A DNA stretch of 64,000 nt, from NCBI GenBank assembly GCA_963701295.1, contig OY969585.1, positions 1,984,001 through 2,048,000 of the forward strand, in the 5' to 3' direction. The position numbers and the translations under genes were made by a program. This document shows, piece by piece, positions 42,112-52,651 of this stretch. The notes beneath the pieces were generated by a model. The model made no database searches. It saw only the letters and a list, made by a program, of their open reading frames with translations, and had not been told where the DNA came from. The first letter of the stretch is position 1. Each line of letters starts with the position of its first letter. The DNA is from Ignavibacteriota bacterium. Lineage in GTDB: Bacteria; Bacteroidota; Ignavibacteria; UBA10030.

Positions 42112-42726
42112 ATGAATATGATTTCTTCAAAGCCACTACGAGTTGTGATTGCAGATGATCAGGAGTCGATGAGTGCTATTATCCGACGCCAGTTGGTGAA
42201 GATTGGACATGTCGTAATAGGAAAAGCGACCAATGGACGTCAAGCAGTTGAAATGACACAGTTGCTGCAACCCGACATTGTGCTGATGGATATTGAGATG
42301 CCGGAAATGGACGGCCTGGAAGCAGCCCGATTGATTCATGAAAAAAGTCCTCGACCTGTTGTGCTTCTGACTGGACATGATGATCCGGAAATGGTACGCA
42401 AAGCAAGCCAGGCAGGTGTTGGTGCTTATTTGATGAAACCCCCAAGTGCTCCAGAAATAGAACGGGCTATTATAATTGCAGTCGCACGATTTGCCGATCT
42501 CATGGAACTGCGCCGATTAAATATTGAATTGCAATTGGCTCTCGACAATGTCAAAGCGTTGAAAGGGCTGCTTCCTATCTGCGCAAGCTGTAAAAAGATA
42601 CGCGACGATAAAGGATATTGGGAAGGTGTGGAGAGCTATATTAAGAAACATGCTGATGTAGAGTTCTCCCATGGACTCTGTCCTGATTGCATAACTCAAT
42701 TATATCCTGAGTACAAGCCAAAATAG
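42112..42726 (+). CDS. Response regulator with C-terminal Cys/His motif domain
   Basis: VVIADD, LMDIEMPEMDG, LTG, YLMKP; LPICASCKKIRDD.GYW..VE.YI...FSHGLCPDC; start 42112 or 42118. Confidence 0.9.
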   Translation: MNMISSKPLRVVIADDQESMSAIIRRQLVKIGHVVIGKATNGRQAVEMTQLLQPDIVLMDIEMPEMDGLEAARLIHEKSPRPVVLLTGHDDPEMVRKASQAGVGAYLMKPPSAPEIERAIIIAVARFADLMELRRLNIELQLALDNVKALKGLLPICASCKKIRDDKGYWEGVESYIKKHADVEFSHGLCPDCITQLYPEYKPK

Positions 42727-42803
42727 AACTGAGATGCGCACATGTAGACTGGCAAGTTATTTCACTATAAGATATTATCAGTCAATTAGCTGTAATCTCA
42801 TAA

Positions 42804-44201
<1,398 letters not shown>

Positions 44202-44249
44202 CCCGCGATACTAATATTTTAAAGAGTGACGTGGTCATTACATTCAAGT

Positions 44250-44545
44250 TTTCTTGTGGAGAAGGTTGCGGTCACTGAGATATCTAGGTGTGGATATACG
44301 GAAAAAAATGTTGATCCAATCGTCAATCCGATAGATCCACCCTCAGTCGAATACGGGTATGGAAATCTGTTCTATGGTTCCTTCTTCTGGGATGAAGCCA
44401 CAGATCATGCACGACTTGAAGAAAAAATTGGAAAGGCATACCGTATAGTTCAATAAGCAATCCGTGATAAAAAAGTCCAAACCTGCGGCTGTCAGCGATG
44501 GTCGTTGGTGCAGCGCGTGTTGCGGAAGCATTTCAGTTTTATACG
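44250..44545 (+). pseudogene. Decayed remnant of a third Glu/Leu/Phe/Val dehydrogenase
   Basis: KVAVTEIS..GYTEKNVD, SFFWDEATDHARLEEKIGKAY, stop at 44454, then shifted frame NLRLSAMVVGAARVAEAF. Confidence 0.7.
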
Positions 44546-44760
44546 GCTGAGTGTAAACAATCGTTGTTGATGCTTCAATTTAACAATTATTCATTGGTTT
44601 TTTAGTTACACGGAATTCGTATAACTCTATCTACTCGCCTTGATGTATCCTGATGGGTTGCTGCCATGGACAGAAAATGCCAGTCATTTATTGTTACTTT
44701 CTCTGAATTCTACTACCTTTTACCAGCACAAGTTTTCAGAGAATAACATTGGAGCGACAC

Positions 44761-45150
44761 ATGTCTACCACTTCTCAAAACTCTCTAGGGGACAAACCAT
44801 ACACGGTTGAATATTATTATAAAACTGCATGGGGATATGCAGATGAGTTCATGCGGTTGTACAAAAAGAACCATTATCCTGTCTTGAAAAAGCAAATGGA
44901 AATGGGACGCATCCTGAATATCACCATGGTGAAACCACGGTTTCATGCAACCGAAGAAGGACGTTGGGATTGGAGAGTGACAATTGTTTGGAAAAATATT
45001 CAAGTGACTGATGATGGTTTTAGGGAAGAAAGCCTCGTTCGGCAACTTTTTTCCGATCAAGAAGCATTTAAGAAAGAAGAACAGCGGAGATTTGAAATAT
45101 TACTCGGTCACTGGGATGTACCGATCATCAATGTTGATTTGGATAAATGA
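44761..45150 (+). CDS. Hypothetical protein (possibly dimeric alpha/beta barrel, NIPSNAP-like)
   Basis: GGAG RBS; YYYK..WG..DEF..LYKKNHYP...RWDWRVTIVW...HWDVP; fold is a guess. Confidence 0.7.
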   Translation: MSTTSQNSLGDKPYTVEYYYKTAWGYADEFMRLYKKNHYPVLKKQMEMGRILNITMVKPRFHATEEGRWDWRVTIVWKNIQVTDDGFREESLVRQLFSDQEAFKKEEQRRFEILLGHWDVPIINVDLDK

Positions 45151-45206
45151 GAAATGAAGACGTAAGACACTTTGATAATGTTCTGAACGTACGAAGGAGA
45201 AGAGCC

Positions 45207-46838
45207 ATGGCAAAAACAAAAAAGTCTTTCAAGAAAACCGGTAAGAAAACTGTTCCAAAACATAAACCGGCTTCTAGACTGAAACGTGTTGTCAGGATTG
45301 AATCTTCTTCTAGAATGTCGCAATTCAAAGCAAGCATGCTTTCACTTATTAGCGAGACTTCAACAAATCTTCCGCCGGATGTGCGACGTGCACTTACATG
45401 GGCGATTGAACGTGAGACTCTGGGAAGTCAAGCCGCACTCGCATTACAGATGATGGCAGTGAATACCGATATGGCATGTGATACTGAAGCACCGATCTGT
45501 CAGGATACGGGTATGCTAACATTCGAAATCAAGACGCCGGCTAGCACAAACCAGATTTTCATGCAGAAAGAAATAAAAGAAGCAGTTGTAGAAGCAACAA
45601 AAGTGGGCAAGCTGCGTCCGAATGCAGTCGATTCTCTTGCAGGAAAAAATAGCGGTAACAATCTTGGAGAAGGTTGTCCGGTGATGCACTTTGAACAATG
45701 GGATAAAAAAGAAATCGAAATAAGACTTATCCTCAAAGGCGGCGGTTGTGAAAATAAAAACATTCAGTATTCGCTGCCATGCGAATTGCAGAATCTTGGC
45801 AGAGCCGACCGCACAATGGATGGAATTCGCAAATGTTTGCTTCATGCTGTTTGGCAGGCTCAGGGACAGGGGTGCAGTGTGGGTGCTCTCGGTGTCGCGA
45901 TTGGCGGTGACCGTGCCTCCGGGTACCATTACGCAAAACAACAACTCTTCCGTACTCTGGATGATATCAATCCAAATCCGGAACTTGCGAAACTGGAAAA
46001 CTATGTTTTGCAGAATGCTAACAAACTGAACATTGGCACAATGGGCTTTGGCGGACTGGCAACGCTTATCGGTTGCAAGATCGCATCATATCACCGGTTA
46101 CCTGCGAGTTTTTTTGTATCGGTTGCATATAACTGCTGGGCTTATAGGCGGCTTGGTGTTATCCTTGACGCAAAGACTGGAGCGATCAAACGCTGGCTCT
46201 ACAAAGAAGATACTCCGGTAATGCGCATGGCAAAAGAAGAGAATTTGCCCTTAACAGGGAGAGAGATTTCTTTGACATTGCCACTCTCAGAAGAGCATGT
46301 GCGCGCGCTGAAGGTGGGTGATGTTTTGTTGCTCAATGGTGTTATGCATATGGGACGGGACGTGTTGCATCATCATTTGATAACGCATGACTCGCCAATA
46401 AGTCTTGAAGGTGGCGTGATCTATCACTGCGGTCCGGTTGCATTGAAAAAGGGAAACAAGTGGTTTATGAATGCTGCAGGCCCAACGACGAGCATACGCG
46501 AGGAACCGTATCAAGGAGAAATCATTCGAAAGTTCAACGTGCGAGCAGTGATCGGCAAAGGTGGAATGGGAATAAAAACACTCGAAGCGTTGAAAGATAT
46601 CGGCGCTGTTTACTTAAGTGCTATTGGCGGTGCTGCACAATACTATGTAAAGTGCATTGAAGAAGTGGAAGGAGTGGACTTTCTGGAGTTTGGTGTTCCT
46701 GAAGCGATGTGGCACATCCGTGTGAAGAATTTTCCTGTAATTGTCACGATGGATTCGAATGGAAATAGTCTTCATGCAGATGTGGAAAAAGACTCAGCAA
46801 CAAAACTTGCCAAATTTTCAGATGCGGTAACATTTTGA
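45207..46838 (+). CDS. Class I (Fe-S) fumarate hydratase, fused alpha/beta
   Basis: PICQDTG, KGGGCEN, GTMGFGG, HRLPASFFV, YHCGP, AGPTTSIREEP, IGKGGM; ATG 45207 after AAGGAG. Confidence 0.93.
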   Translation: MAKTKKSFKKTGKKTVPKHKPASRLKRVVRIESSSRMSQFKASMLSLISETSTNLPPDVRRALTWAIERETLGSQAALALQMMAVNTDMACDTEAPICQDTGMLTFEIKTPASTNQIFMQKEIKEAVVEATKVGKLRPNAVDSLAGKNSGNNLGEGCPVMHFEQWDKKEIEIRLILKGGGCENKNIQYSLPCELQNLGRADRTMDGIRKCLLHAVWQAQGQGCSVGALGVAIGGDRASGYHYAKQQLFRTLDDINPNPELAKLENYVLQNANKLNIGTMGFGGLATLIGCKIASYHRLPASFFVSVAYNCWAYRRLGVILDAKTGAIKRWLYKEDTPVMRMAKEENLPLTGREISLTLPLSEEHVRALKVGDVLLLNGVMHMGRDVLHHHLITHDSPISLEGGVIYHCGPVALKKGNKWFMNAAGPTTSIREEPYQGEIIRKFNVRAVIGKGGMGIKTLEALKDIGAVYLSAIGGAAQYYVKCIEEVEGVDFLEFGVPEAMWHIRVKNFPVIVTMDSNGNSLHADVEKDSATKLAKFSDAVTF

Positions 46839-46847
46839 GAATACAAT

Positions 46848-47135
46848 ATGACAGAAGATGAATATCGAAATAAGTGGAAAGAATCGGGCCCCATCAAGAT
46901 CAGCATGATCGAGAAGCAAGGGAAGTGTAAGCACCAATTGGGAGATACATTCCAATACAAAACCCCGTATGAGAGGCCGAGTGAAGTCTGTTTTGCTCTG
47001 CTTCATATACTTGATCTGTATACTTGGAGAGTGGCACAAAGTTTTCCTTCTTGGGAAAAAGACGATGAAAACGTTTATCGAATTCATTGTCCGTCTAAGC
47101 TTGGCACTGTATGGGAGATGAAAAAAGTGAAATAG
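46848..47135 (+). CDS. Small three-Cys protein, TIGR04076-like
   Basis: GKC.HQLGD.F....P.EVC...L....FP.W.......CP....VWE pattern. Confidence 0.6.
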   Translation: MTEDEYRNKWKESGPIKISMIEKQGKCKHQLGDTFQYKTPYERPSEVCFALLHILDLYTWRVAQSFPSWEKDDENVYRIHCPSKLGTVWEMKKVK

Positions 47136-47259
47136 GGCAATCTGTCATTCTTGAATTATTTTTAGAAATACGAGTTGAGAACATCTGGACAATGGATACC
47201 CGCTTTAAATCCGAGTGCATGACTTTTCACATTTGCTTTTATTTATAGAAAATAATAAA

Positions 47260-47754
47260 ATGCCAAAAAACGATTATCCCGTTACTCCGGCTGTCCGTAT
47301 TTTGCGTGAAAAGAAAATATCTTTCATACCGAAAATTTTTAAATATGAAGAACACGGAGGTACAAGACTTACGGCGGAGATGATAGGTGTTCCGGAGAAT
47401 CTTGTTGTTAAAACATTAGTGATGGAAACAGATCAGAAAAAACCGCTGATCATTTTGATGCCTGGAGATAGTGAGGTTTCAACAAAGCAAATGGCGCGAC
47501 TCATAGGAGCGAAGCAGGTGACACCATGCGATGCCAGCACGGCGCAACGCTATACCGGTTATCAATTTGGCGGTACGAGTCCATTCGGTACACGGTATCC
47601 ATTGCCTGTATATGTGGAAAAGACTATATTGGATTTGCGAAAAATCTATATTAATGGAGGAAAGCGCGGCTTCATCATTGAAATCAATCCGCAAGATCTT
47701 CGGACCGCTTTTCAGATCATGGAAGTTGAAGCAGCTATCCCTCCTCGTTCATGA
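47260..47754 (+). CDS. ybaK: Cys-tRNA(Pro) deacylase
   Basis: TPAVR.L, VVKTLVM, TGYQFGGTSPFG, INGGKRG. Confidence 0.92.
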   Translation: MPKNDYPVTPAVRILREKKISFIPKIFKYEEHGGTRLTAEMIGVPENLVVKTLVMETDQKKPLIILMPGDSEVSTKQMARLIGAKQVTPCDASTAQRYTGYQFGGTSPFGTRYPLPVYVEKTILDLRKIYINGGKRGFIIEINPQDLRTAFQIMEVEAAIPPRS

Positions 47755-47766
47755 GCGGGTAAACCT

Positions 47767-49008
47767 ATGGCCTTAGGTACGATCGAGTGGACTATTCAAC
47801 TGCGATTTATTGTTGCTCTTGCGCTTGGTTTCCTTGTCGGCCTTGAGCGCGAAAGTATCAAGGTTGATCGGAAACTAATATTCGGCGGTGTCCGCACACA
47901 TCCTATTATCAGTATGTTCGGATTTGGATGCGCATGGTTGTATCAGATTGGTGTGGTATTCATGCTGCCGACTGGGCTGCTCGCAATTGCCACACTCACT
48001 GGTATTGCTTATGTAGCCAAGATCCGATCTGATCGTTTCGGAACAACAAGCGAAGTCTCTGCTTTACTGACGTTTATTATAGGTGCATTGGCAATGCTAG
48101 TGGATGTTTGGATTGCTATGGCGATGGGCATTGTCAATACCATGCTGCTTTCAGAAAAAGCGATGCTCGAATCGTACGTGGAACGATTGAGCAAAGTGGA
48201 ATTCCTATCGACTGTTAAATTCCTCTTAGTAACACTTATTATTTTACCGGTTTTACCGAATCAGGAGTTCACGCCTTTTCATATTAATCCAACAAAAGTA
48301 TGGCAGATCGTTATCATTGTATCCACTCTCGGATTTGTTGGATATTTGTTGGAGAAAAAATTTGGTGCAAAAGTTGGATTGTGGTTGTCCGGAATTTTCG
48401 GCGGTATTGTCTCGAGTACAGCAGTAACACTTTCTGTTGGTAGAATGGCGCGGAGCAATCCTGCACGAGGCAGCACTGCATTGCAAGCAGCATTGCTTGC
48501 AAGCAGTATGATGTATCTGCGTGTGATGGTCCTTATATGGTTTATCAATGGATCATTTCTCCCAAATCTTTGGTACCGTCTTGTCATTCTTGCAGGGGTT
48601 GGTGTGATTCTATCGCTCTGGATGTTTCGGAAAGAATTACCTGTGGGAAAGTCAGAATCGCCAGAATTGCAGAATCCATTTGAGATTCGTCCTGCGATAG
48701 GATTTGCACTATTGTTTGTAATTCTCTCTGTTGTGTCAGGATTTGTAAAATCCACGATAGGAAATTCAGGCTTATTAGGTTTATCGGCGATTGTTGGTGT
48801 ATCGGATATCGATCCTTTCATTCTCTCGTTAGTTCAAGGATCGGACGGAACGATGCATATCATTACCTCGGCAATTATTCTTGCGATGATGAGTAACACG
48901 ATTGCAAAAGCAATATATTTCGGAAGCCTTTCTCCGACAACAAGAAAAGAAACGGCATTGAAGTTTTCTATTTTCGCTATAGTGCATATTCCTTTTATTA
49001 TTTGGTAA
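47767..49008 (+). CDS. MgtC/SapB + DUF4010 membrane protein
   Basis: ALALGFLVGLERE, GGVRT, GTTSEVS, LPVLPN, GGIVSSTAVT, NPFEI. Confidence 0.88.
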   Translation: MALGTIEWTIQLRFIVALALGFLVGLERESIKVDRKLIFGGVRTHPIISMFGFGCAWLYQIGVVFMLPTGLLAIATLTGIAYVAKIRSDRFGTTSEVSALLTFIIGALAMLVDVWIAMAMGIVNTMLLSEKAMLESYVERLSKVEFLSTVKFLLVTLIILPVLPNQEFTPFHINPTKVWQIVIIVSTLGFVGYLLEKKFGAKVGLWLSGIFGGIVSSTAVTLSVGRMARSNPARGSTALQAALLASSMMYLRVMVLIWFINGSFLPNLWYRLVILAGVGVILSLWMFRKELPVGKSESPELQNPFEIRPAIGFALLFVILSVVSGFVKSTIGNSGLLGLSAIVGVSDIDPFILSLVQGSDGTMHIITSAIILAMMSNTIAKAIYFGSLSPTTRKETALKFSIFAIVHIPFIIW

Positions 49009-49047
49009 GTGCCCTGAAAATAATTCGAAAAGTAGAGTAAGGAAAAA

Positions 49048-50130
49048 ATGATGAGAAGTTATAGTATTCTGAAATGGAGTGTTCTCTCTCTAAGTATGCT
49101 GCTTTCGTTGTCTTGTTCTTCAACGTCCTATCGAGACGTATATCCTATTCTGGCAGACGGAAAGTATGATTCCGAGTTTCCGTATCGCGGGTGTTCTGCA
49201 CAACTCGAGAAGATTTCAGAATCTGTTCGGATGATAAGTTGTATCGCATATTATAAAAGTTATATTTTTCCACCGGAAGCGAAAATTCGTCTCAGTGATC
49301 TCCATGATCCACTACTGAAGGAGAAGGCGATTAAAGAAGTATTCTTGAACAGAACATCATCAGGAAGCGCAACAACGATTTACTCTGAGAATAAACGGAT
49401 AGCATTGCTTACTTGTGCACACGTTATCGACTTTTCAGATACGATTATTACGTACTATCGTGGAGAAAATAGAAAGGAAACTGAATTTATTCAAAGCCTT
49501 GCTGTGAAAGATCGCCAGTCAATTTATGCGGCATCCATTCAGGGTTTGCCCGATCTTGAGATATTAGCTATGGATAAGGGAAGTGACTTGGCTGTTGTTG
49601 GGCAGAGGATGTATGGACAGTCTGCTCAAAATGTTACGGTATTCAATTATCCCCTCGGCAGAGCCAAAGAGCTTGAATGGGGAACGTTTGTGTACATGTT
49701 TGGTTATCCGGCCGGATATCAAATGATTACAAAAGGAATTGTCAGCAGTCCTAATCGAGATAAGCATGGTTCATTTCTTACTGATGCAGTGTCTAATAGG
49801 GGTTTCAGCGGTGGAATCGTGCTTGCCATTCGTGATGGTGTTCCAAATTTTGAACTAGTTGGCATGGTAACTCTCGTACCGGCACGTCAACAATATTTTA
49901 TGACTCCGTTCAAGGAAGGAGAAACCGTTGATTTTGAGTTGGATGCACCTTTCAAGGGGGATGTTTATATCGAAAGCCGCACTGATATTATTTACGGCAT
50001 AGCTCCAGCGATTTCCTCAGAAGTAATTGTAGATTTTCTAAAAAATAATCAACAACAACTCCAAGAGAAAGGATATAATGTACGTTCATTTCTTGATCGC
50101 CAACCCATACTCAAACAAGAACCTCGATGA
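49048..50130 (+). CDS. Lipoprotein, trypsin-like serine protease
   Basis: Lipobox LSLSC; LLTCAHVI (His), DLAVV (Asp), NRGFSGG (Ser). Confidence 0.82.
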   Translation: MMRSYSILKWSVLSLSMLLSLSCSSTSYRDVYPILADGKYDSEFPYRGCSAQLEKISESVRMISCIAYYKSYIFPPEAKIRLSDLHDPLLKEKAIKEVFLNRTSSGSATTIYSENKRIALLTCAHVIDFSDTIITYYRGENRKETEFIQSLAVKDRQSIYAASIQGLPDLEILAMDKGSDLAVVGQRMYGQSAQNVTVFNYPLGRAKELEWGTFVYMFGYPAGYQMITKGIVSSPNRDKHGSFLTDAVSNRGFSGGIVLAIRDGVPNFELVGMVTLVPARQQYFMTPFKEGETVDFELDAPFKGDVYIESRTDIIYGIAPAISSEVIVDFLKNNQQQLQEKGYNVRSFLDRQPILKQEPR

Positions 50131-50244
50131 AACTTGGCGAATATACTGATGAAAGAAATAGTTTAAGCATCTTTCTCCCATTGAGAACTTTTCCTTGCAG
50201 TTACCGTAATACTATGCATTGGTAAAAGATCGGTTGTCAAAATT

Positions 50245-51372
50245 ATGGTTTCTCGAATGACTCGTTTCTTTCATAATCTGCATGAAATCCTCACCCGCGA
50301 TTTGACATGGAATGACTTGAATAAGTCTCTCAGCGAAGATATGCGCGGAATGTACGAATTTTACGCGAAGAATATGAAATCAGTGGAGGAGAATCCGAAT
50401 AGAATTAAGCGATCGGTCAAGCTTCTATGGCTTCTTTTTATTGCTTTCCTCATGAAACTCACGCCGCCTCGACGATTGATGTATGCAATCGCTTTGGTCT
50501 TCATTTTTGTTGCAGCTTCTCAAGAGAAAATAACATCCGCAGTTTATTCTTTTATTATCGTTAGCATTCTCCTGGCGATGGAGCTTGCCGATAAATTGAT
50601 TACAAAGGACGAACTAAGTGTGGCACGAGACATTCAATTGAGTCTTCAACCGAGCAACAGTACGACGCTTCCAGGATATGAACTTGCCGCACACAGCGAA
50701 GTAGCGAAAGAAGTTGGTGGTGACTATTACGATATACTCACTTTGCCGGATGGTAGCACACTCATTGTTATTGGGGATGTTTCTGGAAAAGGTATTTCCT
50801 CAGCGCTCTATGTTGTGAAGATGCAGACAGCGCTTCAATTGTTTGCAACTGAGACAAGTGACCTGCGAGAATTGCTCATTCGCCTCAATTCGCATATGTA
50901 CGGTCAACTCAAACGAAACTATTTCCTTTCGCTTTTCTTGGTTAAGCTTCACTCCAATGGAAAAATAGAACTCTGCCGTGCAGGTCATCCACCGGCATTA
51001 CTCTACAGTACATTAGAAAAAAGTGTCTCGTGGTTGAGGCCGAATGGTTTTGCTGTGGGAATAGTAGCTTCGGCGAATGGCGATGCATCTACGGACCAGA
51101 AAATAATCACAGATTTTGGATGTTCACTTGAAACCAAGTCTCTTCAACTGCAACAAGGCGATGTACTGTTTCTCTTCACCGACGGTGTAAGTGAATCGGT
51201 GAATGCAGACGGAAAGGAATATGGGCAAGAAAGAATTGCTGGATTGATAAAAACATTCAACAGTGAAACCGTCGAAAAACTCCGAGAACGCATCAATAAT
51301 GAACTCATCTGTTTTCGTGCAGGGACAGACTTGAGAGATGATACCACCTTTGTGTTGTTAAAGCGTTCTTAG
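50245..51372 (+). CDS. Membrane-anchored PP2C/SpoIIE (RsbU-like) phosphatase
   Basis: EL.VARDIQ.SL.P, VGGDYYD, GDVSGKG, RAGHPP, FTDGV.E, DDTT. Confidence 0.92.
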   Translation: MVSRMTRFFHNLHEILTRDLTWNDLNKSLSEDMRGMYEFYAKNMKSVEENPNRIKRSVKLLWLLFIAFLMKLTPPRRLMYAIALVFIFVAASQEKITSAVYSFIIVSILLAMELADKLITKDELSVARDIQLSLQPSNSTTLPGYELAAHSEVAKEVGGDYYDILTLPDGSTLIVIGDVSGKGISSALYVVKMQTALQLFATETSDLRELLIRLNSHMYGQLKRNYFLSLFLVKLHSNGKIELCRAGHPPALLYSTLEKSVSWLRPNGFAVGIVASANGDASTDQKIITDFGCSLETKSLQLQQGDVLFLFTDGVSESVNADGKEYGQERIAGLIKTFNSETVEKLRERINNELICFRAGTDLRDDTTFVLLKRS

Positions 51373-51376
51373 AAAA

Positions 51377-52114
51377 TCATCGGTTCTTCTTTTTGATGGA
51401 AGAATCATGTGCAGAGCCGTGTGCCACAAGCAAATCGCTGACCTTTATAAAAACAAACCCTTTGCATCGAAGTGATTGGATGATCTCAGGTAGCGCTTCC
51501 GCGGTATGCCAGCCGCGACCATTCACATGCATCACAATGATGGAACCATTTCGTGCATGAGAAACAACGTACCGAATAAGACGCTCTCGCGAAATGGTAG
51601 AATCGGGATCGCCGGAAGCGAGGTCATACATCACTGTGACAAGACCAAGCTTCTGCGCGATACGTTTGATTCTTCCATTTGCCTCTGCGTATGGAGGACG
51701 AAATAAATGTGAAGAAGTTTTAGAAATGTTCTTTAACAATAATTCTGTTCGTTGTAATTCATGCTGAACGCTGTCGTCTGAAATATTCATGCAATGAGGA
51801 TGTGAAAAGCTATGGTTTCCTAATTCAAAGTTTTGTACGGATGCGAGCATTTTTGTTTCCCGTCGATGCTTCATGATCCACTTTCCACTCAAGAAAAATG
51901 TCGCTGGTACACCGGAATCGACAAGTGTTTGGACGATGCTTGAATCAAATCCGCCGTGTGTGGAAGAAGGACAAGCGTCAAATGTCAATGCAATCTTCTT
52001 CTCGATTCTTGGACCATGAAACAAGGCAAGTGTGTCTGTTTGCTCGGACTGTACAAGAGCACTGCTAAAAAGGAAGAGGATTTGAATTATAGTGATCATA
52101 TCTATCGGTCTCAT
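51377..52114 (-). CDS. Polysaccharide deacetylase (NodB/CE4)
   Basis: IALTFDAC, ATFFLSG, GNHSFSHP, FRPPY, GSIIVMH; signal peptide. Confidence 0.92.
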   Translation of the reverse strand: MRPIDMITIIQILFLFSSALVQSEQTDTLALFHGPRIEKKIALTFDACPSSTHGGFDSSIVQTLVDSGVPATFFLSGKWIMKHRRETKMLASVQNFELGNHSFSHPHCMNISDDSVQHELQRTELLLKNISKTSSHLFRPPYAEANGRIKRIAQKLGLVTVMYDLASGDPDSTISRERLIRYVVSHARNGSIIVMHVNGRGWHTAEALPEIIQSLRCKGFVFIKVSDLLVAHGSAHDSSIKKKNR

Positions 52115-52123
52115 CAGTCGATA

Positions 52124-52152
52124 TAAAAAAGCCTCTCGAAAATCGAAAGGCT
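52124..52152 (-). terminator. Rho-independent terminator (minus strand)
   Basis: Minus strand AGCCTTTCGA-ttt-TCGAGAGGCT followed by T run. Confidence 0.8.
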
Positions 52153-52179
52153 CAATGTAAGTTCATTTTGCATTTAAAT

Positions 52180-52353
52180 TCAATGAAACGAATGTCCTCC
52201 TCGAACGTGACCGGCGTTAACGCTTATGATAATGCGTTGTCTCTTTGTACTTTGGTCTTTGAATCTTGACTTCAGAACACTGGTTCCAATTTTTCTTTGT
52301 ATCGTTTTATTCGTTCTGAGTTCCTTCGACAGCGGGACGTTAGCAGGTTTCAT
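52180..52353 (-). CDS. Small basic protein, 57 aa, not in ORF track
   Basis: AAGGAGG-5 nt-ATG; MKPANVPLSKELRTNKTIQRKIGTSVLKSRFKDQSTKRQRIIISVNAGHVRGGHSFH*; own promoter and terminator. Confidence 0.6.
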   Translation of the reverse strand: MKPANVPLSKELRTNKTIQRKIGTSVLKSRFKDQSTKRQRIIISVNAGHVRGGHSFH

Positions 52354-52412
52354 AATATCCTCCTTACGTTTGTTGATAAAAGAAGTAATTACAGAGTTTG
52401 AAGTTCTGAGAG

Positions 52413-52441
52413 ATGATACAGAGTAACCTCTTAATTGTCAA
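52413..52441 (-). promoter_or_regulatory. Sigma70-type promoter (minus strand)
   Basis: TTGACA-17 nt-TATCAT on the reverse complement. Confidence 0.75.
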
Positions 52442-52463
52442 GTGTCTGTGCCACAAAATCCTG

Positions 52464-52492
52464 TTGCTCTGCGGGGACTTTTTGCCTATATT
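52464..52492 (+). promoter_or_regulatory. Probable tRNA-locus promoter
   Basis: TTGCTC-17 nt-TATATT, about 20 nt before the outer tRNA-like element. Confidence 0.6.
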
Positions 52493-52538
52493 TCAACATG
52501 TTTAGTATAAATGCTGAAGAAGCTCAGTGGTAGAGCAG

Positions 52539-52651
52539 TCCCGATAATTTCACGCTGGTGTAGCTCAGTGGTAGAGCAGCGGTTTCGTAAACCGCAGGTC
52601 GTCGGTTCAAGTCCGACCACCAGCTCAGAAAAACAACGGAAATTATCGGGA
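52539..52651. repeat. 13-bp perfect inverted repeats bracketing tRNA-Thr
   Basis: TCCCGATAATTTC (52539-51) and GAAATTATCGGGA (52639-51). Confidence 0.9.
52554..52625 (+). tRNA. tRNA-Thr (anticodon CGT), CCA not encoded
   Basis: GCTGGTG/CACCAGC acceptor, GCTC/GAGC D stem, GCGGT-TTCGTAA-ACCGC, GTCGG-TTCAAGT-CCGAC; 72 nt. Confidence 0.97.

Noticed and set aside
42751-42767. Sigma54 promoter upstream of gdhA (TGGCAAGTTATTTCAC)
   Set aside because: The -12 element reads TTCA rather than TTGC; not supportable.
48279-48821. 180-aa minus-strand ORF
   Set aside because: Antisense shadow of the MgtC/DUF4010 gene.
52226-52426. Hydrophobic 66-aa plus-strand ORF as a type I toxin
   Set aside because: No RBS or promoter; it is the antisense of the A-rich minus-strand small ORF, which has all the expression signals.
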